Below are positions 57,409 to 64,000 of a stretch of 64,000 bases of DNA, piece after piece. Where the stretch lies: contig OX597815.1 of NCBI GenBank assembly GCA_951406725.2, forward strand, positions 136,710,001 to 136,774,000. Reading direction: 5' to 3'. How positions within the stretch are numbered: the stretch's first letter is position 1; each line of letters begins with the position of its first letter. Under the pieces are notes generated by a model that worked only from the letters and a program-made list of their open reading frames with translations, was not told the DNA's origin and made no database searches. This DNA is from Octopus vulgaris (taxonomy: Eukaryota). The position numbers and the translations under genes were made by a program.

Positions 57409-59411
57409 TATATATTCATATATATATATATATATATATATTCAAATATGAGTTAAAAGCAGTAGAATATAAACAATATCGAACACCCATACAAACTCTA
57501 TGCATTTTGCAAGTTCGTTCGTGGCGTTCGTGGTTAGTCAACACTTATAGGCGTCAGAGAATATATTATCTTCTTGCACCTGGCGTTAAGACACTCGGAA
57601 GTCGTAGACAAGTGAGATAACTTACAACAGATCCCATTCAGGTGCGATAGACATCGATGTTTCGTCTTTTTTGTGACTTACCAATTCTGCGTACACAAAA
57701 TGAGACCTGCTGCAGACTATATAATTTTATAGAAACCATATATCGTAGTATATAATGCGGGCGCATTTACCTGGAAACACCCTAAATTTAAAGCGAAAAT
57801 TAAAATATAATAAAACCATAGATATTAATGTCGTCACCAATAAAATACTCTAGCTTCTCTTTATGAGAAAAAATGTCACTGCATACTTAGAAGATAGTGC
57901 TTTACAATTTTAATGAAAGGAATAAGTATGCTTTATATTTTTATAAAATATACACCATTGGAATTAATTCATGTAAAAGTTTAAAACATCAGTCATCAAC
58001 TTTCTTCGATGTTGCTTTTTTCAAATCCTAAGAATTTGCAAACATCTTTTAATGGGGAATCTTTGCTACTCTCAGAATTATCTTCGTACAGAAAAGTAGT
58101 CAAAATCCTTTCTAATGTCACATATACTGAAGGCATTTATGAAAATATTTTTATTTACTTCATACCTTTATTTCTTTAACCACTGTTTGATGAGCGCCAT
58201 ACTCGAATGTCCAGATTGGTTAGTTCGGGTGAATAATTCATCCATTTTACTCACATGACATTGTAAATTACTGACGTATGAAATTTCATAAGAGTTTGTT
58301 CATTGACTCATCCATTGTTTACATCTGCGAAATCAAACCACTAGAAATCATTACCATTTTGGTATCAAAATTATATAAAAGAGTTTTCGTAAAATACATG
58401 AGTTCTGAATTGATATAGTTCTTGTAAGGATGACGACGGTTTTAGCTTCCCACCTGGACGTCTTCCTAACATTTTCTCCACACAAGTGTTGACTGCTTTG
58501 ACATCCACCCTACATTTCAGGTTATTATAAATAAAATTATATTTTAGATACCTGGAAATTTGTAAAGTGTGGTAACTTTTTGCGACCTTAGGTATAAGCT
58601 AGGAACGATGATATATTGCTGTTGTTTTGATGGCCATTGAGCTGGACCGTTTAAAACCAGCAGGTTTGTTCGAAAGGGGCAGAAAAAGCGGACGGAATTT
58701 GATAAATGAAATCCAACTTCTCATCCCCATAAGCTTACGGAATTCTCTAAGAAGCTATCGCTCTTCCCTAGACATAATCATAAAACCAATGGAATCCACC
58801 TAAGCCAAACAATTGTTACCAATGATGCCCGACAATGTACTCTAATGACCGTACTTGTCGTCGTGATATACATAAATGACAACACATATTTCATGATGCA
58901 CACAGATTAAAAATATGTGTTGCTGTCTCTAAGTTACAAAAAAATATCTACAAAGAAAACATCAGAATAAATCTCAAACCTGACTTCCAGGATATAAGTC
59001 ACTGGGTGACAGAAAAGGCAATATATCGCCAAGCGATTGCAAAATTTAAACATGTGTACACAGAAAAATAAGTTCTGCTAAAACAAGAATATTCACTCCA
59101 TACAACTTCTCATGGCATCTGATAACATCAGAAACCGTACAATATCTTTTGTTGACAAAAAACTCAGTCGGCGCATCCATGACGACAATAAAGTTGACGT
59201 GTCAAAAGTGTGACTTTCTAGAACTTCAAAAATTTCTGGTTCAGCTAGTCAAATGGCATTAGTATTTTCTAATCTGGTGTACGATCACAACTGAAACACT
59301 GTTGTTCGTGGCGAGTTACCCATATTAAACAGATGTTTCTTAGGTTTAAGATACCCGAGATATTAATTACAAGCATAAAACATATTAATTTCCAAGTTCA
59401 AGTTAGATATG

Positions 59412-61725
59412 TGTTGTAATGAAAATGGTACACTCCTTCCCACGTGACAGAGTCAGACTGTTAGTCGTTGTAGGAGGTCAATAGTAGTAGAGTCGTTGTA
59501 CGAGTTCTCAGTTGGAGTCAGTGACAGTTACGTGATATATACGCGTTCAAGTTACCGTCAAGGTTGATGTTTGTAAAGTTCTTGTTTTGGGGAGCTATCA
59601 GCGATAGCACGATTGACGAGTCAAAGATAATAAGACGCAGAATACCGGCACAACATATTAGTGGTGACGAAAATATTACAGTGCCGACGACAACACTATA
59701 ACAGTGGCGGTGAAAATATAAACAATTCACGCAGATAACGTTGAAAAATTTTTTTTCACGGGAAAATAAACAATTCACGGACGATGTTGAAATTTTTTCA
59801 CGTGGAGAAATTAAAAACTCGACAAGGGAGTTAGAAATATTTTTGTTGTATATATTTTACAAAAGTCAGTAAAAATTATGGAAAACTTGTTAGAGGGCTT
59901 ATTTGAGTTGCAAAAACAGCAACAACAACAACAGCTCAAAGAACAATAAGAGCAAGAACAAATGTTACAGCAACAAATGCTATAACTGATAAAGTTGGTA
60001 ACAAAACCGAAAAATACGTTTTCGTTAGACCATATAGCGAAATCAATAAATGAATTTAGATATGACCCGGGGCATATTACTGAAGATTTGAACAACTTTT
60101 CGAAAGAGAATGTCAAGACTTGACGGACGAAATAAAACGCGTCTAATTCTGAGGAGACTGGTGACGATTAAACGCGAGAAATACTGTATTGCCTAAAACG
60201 TTTCTGACATAAATTTCACGGACACAGTTGATATGTAGGATGTTTAATGAAAACACATCGTTGTTCAACACACGTTGGCAGTGTTTGAACACTGAAAAAA
60301 GCGATGACGAAGACTTTACCACATATGCGGGTCGAGTGAACAGAGAGTGCGAGAAATTTAAACTATATAAACTAACTCCAGCCCTGTTCAAGTGCCTGAT
60401 TTCTGCTCAGGGACTTACTGCTAAAAAGGACGCCGTAGTCAGAATGAAAATTCTCGCAAATCTAGAAATGAACCAGGATATAACTCCAGAAACTGTCAGA
60501 AGAGTGCGATATGATATTAAATGTAAAGCACGACACAGAAGAAATCCAACGCAGAGATCGTTTACAGATAAAACCAGGGCGAAAAAGTCAGGGGGCAGAT
60601 AGTCTTTCACAAAAAACACGATATATATCAGGAGATAAACCCATGTGTGGCATGTGATACTAGACACCTGAGAAAAAAGTGTCCGTTCAAAAAAACCCAA
60701 GTGTTTTAATTGTAGGAACATAGGACATATTAAATCGCTCTGCAGACCAAAAATTGGACCAAACGAGACAAATAGTTTGTCATCAGAGAAAAAGTTTGTA
60801 AAACGAAACCAATAGTATCAAAATGCAATTAGTCATGGGTAGTGACATCTCTGTCAGAAATGAAGAAATATTTCGGTAAGCCGAAATTATTTAAATCAAA
60901 TTATGTAGCATATGGTGTTACAGGAAAGCAATTATATTTCATCGGCGAATATATTTGCAATGTAATTTTCGAGGTGAAACGAAAGGAACAATCATTTATG
61001 TGTTGAAAAATCACTAAATCTATTTGGCACAAAATGCATGGAGTTATTTAAAATGTGGGATACTCCCATTAGTGTTCTGTGAAAATGTAGTCGGCGCGGT
61101 TAAAAGTTCGAATGAATTCGAATAACTGAGACAGAAAATTAAAAATTTGTTTCTTAATGTTTTCTTGGAAGGATTAGGCTGTTGCATTAAAACAAAAGCG
61201 AGGATCGCAGTAAAGGAAAAGGCTACACCTGTTTTTAAGCCCGAACAGAACGTGCCGTATGCACCGTTGGACCAGATCAATACAGTTAGAAAGACTAGAA
61301 ATTCAGCTATAATTGAAAAAATCGACCATTCAGACTGGGAAGCTCCGATGGTTTATGTAAAGAAAACAAATAATAAACTAAATTGAGGAAAACTTTTCTC
61401 GAAGTTAGATTTCTCGGAGGCTTACCTACAGATACAGGTAGAGGAAGATTGCGCACACCTTTTAACAATCAATACACGCAGTGGATTGTATAAATTCAAG
61501 TGGCTTCCTTTTAGAGTAAAAGTGGCATCTGCCATATTCCAACAAGTGTTGGACGCGATGTTAAATGATTGTAACTTCGCTATCGCTTATCTCGATGATA
61601 TTTTGATAAAGAGCGAGTCAATGGAGCAATCTATTAAAAAGATATTCGGAAAAATAAATGAATACAGGTTTAGACTAACAAAGGAAAATCGTGTATTTTT
61701 TATGAAAAAAATAAAGACACGGAAT
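59412..61725 (+). mobile_element. Truncated, decayed Ty3/Gypsy (Mag-like) LTR retrotransposon
   Basis: LTR TGTTGT(59412)...ACAACA(59655); PBS-like tggtgacga at 59662; Gag from 59878 with knuckle CFNCRNIGH; RT SDWEAPMVYVKK, SKLDFSEAYLQ, YLDDILI. Confidence 0.85.
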
Positions 61726-61739
61726 GCAGCCACATAATT

Positions 61740-62345
61740 ATTTCTTTACTACCCACAAGGGGCCAAACACAGAGGGGACAAACAAGGACAGATATCGACC
61801 CCAGTACGTAACTGGTACTTAATTTATCGACCCCGAAAGGATGAAAGGCAAAGTCGACCTCGACGGAATTTGAACTCAGAACGTAACGGCAAACGAAATA
61901 CGGCTACGCATTTCACCCAGCGTGCTAACGTTTCTGCCAGCTCGCCGCTGGCACATAATAATCTCTTTATTTCCACAGGGGGATAAACACAAAGGGAACA
62001 AATAATGACAAAGGGATTAAGTCGATTACATCGTCCCTTGTGCCTAACTGGTACTTATTTAATCGACTCCCAAAGGATGAAGAGTAAACGTAAAGACAGA
62101 TGAAATACCTATTTCTTTACTACCCACAAGGGGCTAAATACAGAGAGGACAAACAAGGACAGACAAACGGGTTAAGTCGATTATATCAACCCCAGTGCGT
62201 AACTGGTACTTATTTAATCGTTCCCGAAAGGATGAAAGGCAATGTCTACCTCGGCGGAATTTGAACTCAGAACGTAACGGCAGACGAAATACCGCTAAGC
62301 ACTTCGCCCGACGTGCTAACGATTCTGCCAGCTCGCCGCCTTGGC
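61740..62345 (-). mobile_element. Cluster of three family-2 (Nin-domain-like) SINEs
   Basis: actggtacttaatttatcgaccccgaaaggatgaaaggcaaagtcgacctc...gctaacg..tctgccagctcgccgc repeated. Confidence 0.85.
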
Positions 62346-63334
62346 GCCAAGAATCTGACAGTGCCGATGACAACATATATATTGCCGAACGACGATCCAT
62401 ATTATAACAATACACAAACTAAAATTCGTTACAAAATCTGATTCTGTCGTTAATAGCTAATTTATAAAATAAATAGGACACCAAGCCTAAATTTTTGCGA
62501 GCGTTTAAAAACATCATAGTCTGTTCCTTCAACACTGCCTTGAACTCATCTTTATCTGTACGATATAGAATATACACTAACCGCATTGCCTTAAATATCT
62601 TAACATCAACTTCAAAAATTTACACAACGCTGGTACCCCGTGTTGTATGCTCCAAGTACCAGTCGGACATTCAGCAACAATTTCGTCTCAATCGGTGCAG
62701 CTGAAATTATCATTATCCCGAAACAATCACGAAAGAAATAACATTCAAACTATGCCAGGACAAATTCCGGCAAGGAATATCAGGCACGCTCGTTATCCTT
62801 GAAAGTGTTGCCACCAAAACAAATCCCAGGTCAGGCGTGCTATAATAATATAAATAGGTTTTAACCATTATTGTTAAGTTTTCTTAGTATTTGTATATCA
62901 GACTCATAGAGACACGTCATCAGTCATGTACCTCCTCTATTTCAGACATGTGTATTTTATCTGTATCTTATTTCACTTTAATGTTGTGATACAAGTATAG
63001 CCTCAATAATCAATCGTTTTATTTTTAAAGGAATTCTATATAGTATTGATATCTTATATATCAATATTTTTTTCCTATCTAGACACGTTTTATTGTGTGC
63101 AATTTATGGAGTAGCAATTACTGCTTGCTGTAAATACAAGACTCCATAATTGTGTCATGAAATCTAGGAACAATAAAAAACAAACTAATAACATATGATA
63201 CCCAGTTAATATATAGAATATATATCGGTAGTAATAGTGAAATCGGAAATCGAGAAATTAAAAAGGGTATTCAGAATTCTATCATTTCCTAGTTCATTAA
63301 AGCCCATTCCAAATCCAGTGTACAATTTAAGGTA

Positions 63335-63445
<111 letters not shown>

Positions 63446-63487
63446 ATGTATATGTATGTATATATGTATATATATATATATACATAT

Positions 63488-64000
63488 ATAATTGTGGACA
63501 ACAACATAAGCTGGGCCACTCATATAAACACCAAAGTTGACATGGCCCGCAGAATGTGTTCCTGGATTCTCAGAACTTTCCAGTCGAGAGATATCCACAC
63601 CATTATCCTTCTCTTCTCCACTTTTGCCCGACCCCACCTTGAATACTGTTGTCCACTGTGGTCTCCCCACACAATACAAGGTATCATAAAAGTTGAAGCA
63701 CCTCAAAGGGCAATCACAAAAAAGATAGATGGCATGACAGGCCTCGACTATTGGGGTCGACTAGAAAAGCTAAAACTCTATTCTCTCCAACGTCGTCGTG
63801 AGCGCTACATCATCTGCATGATGTGGAAAATATTCCATCAGCATTGCCCAAATGATGTTGGCATCACCTTTAAGGTACATCCAAGGCTTGGGCCCCGTGC
63901 CATCCGCCCAAAACAAAAATCGCACTCTCATCTCATAACAACAATACGGCACAATTATTTCACCTCAATTGGCCTCACTCTCTTTAACATTACACCAAAA
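63488..64000 (+). mobile_element. CR1 LINE 3' region, 5'-truncated at (TA)n, runs off the window
   Basis: Closely similar to 55530-56050, with the reading frame less disrupted (PHLEYCCPLWSP..., YSLQRRRERY). Confidence 0.9.

Overview
AT-rich, repeat-dense eukaryotic DNA. The (TA)n/(TAGA)n/(AAT)n microsatellites, SINE families and CR1 LINEs strongly suggest a cephalopod (Octopus-like) genome; this is an inference, not a database result. No intact protein-coding host gene is visible, and nearly all ORFs in the track are microsatellite artefacts or decayed transposon fragments. Recognisable elements: R4/Dong-type RLE LINE 3' ends in (AAT)n, CR1-type LINE pieces, two Penelope-like (GIY-YIG) fragments, three mariner derivatives, non-autonomous Helitrons, a truncated Gypsy LTR element and many tRNA-derived SINEs. 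The most striking signal is a dense set (about ten loci) of non-coding fold-back (inverted) or tandem elements, mostly embedded in (TA)n. Many carry minimal type-I hammerhead ribozyme (HHR) motifs with family-specific palindromic stem III. They include a tRNA-head/(AAT)n/HHR composite SINE and a 480-bp tandem HHR repeat that could yield unit-length or circular RNA. They look like a Penelope-driven, ribozyme-bearing non-autonomous retroelement system. All folds and alignments were made by eye; boundaries are approximate.
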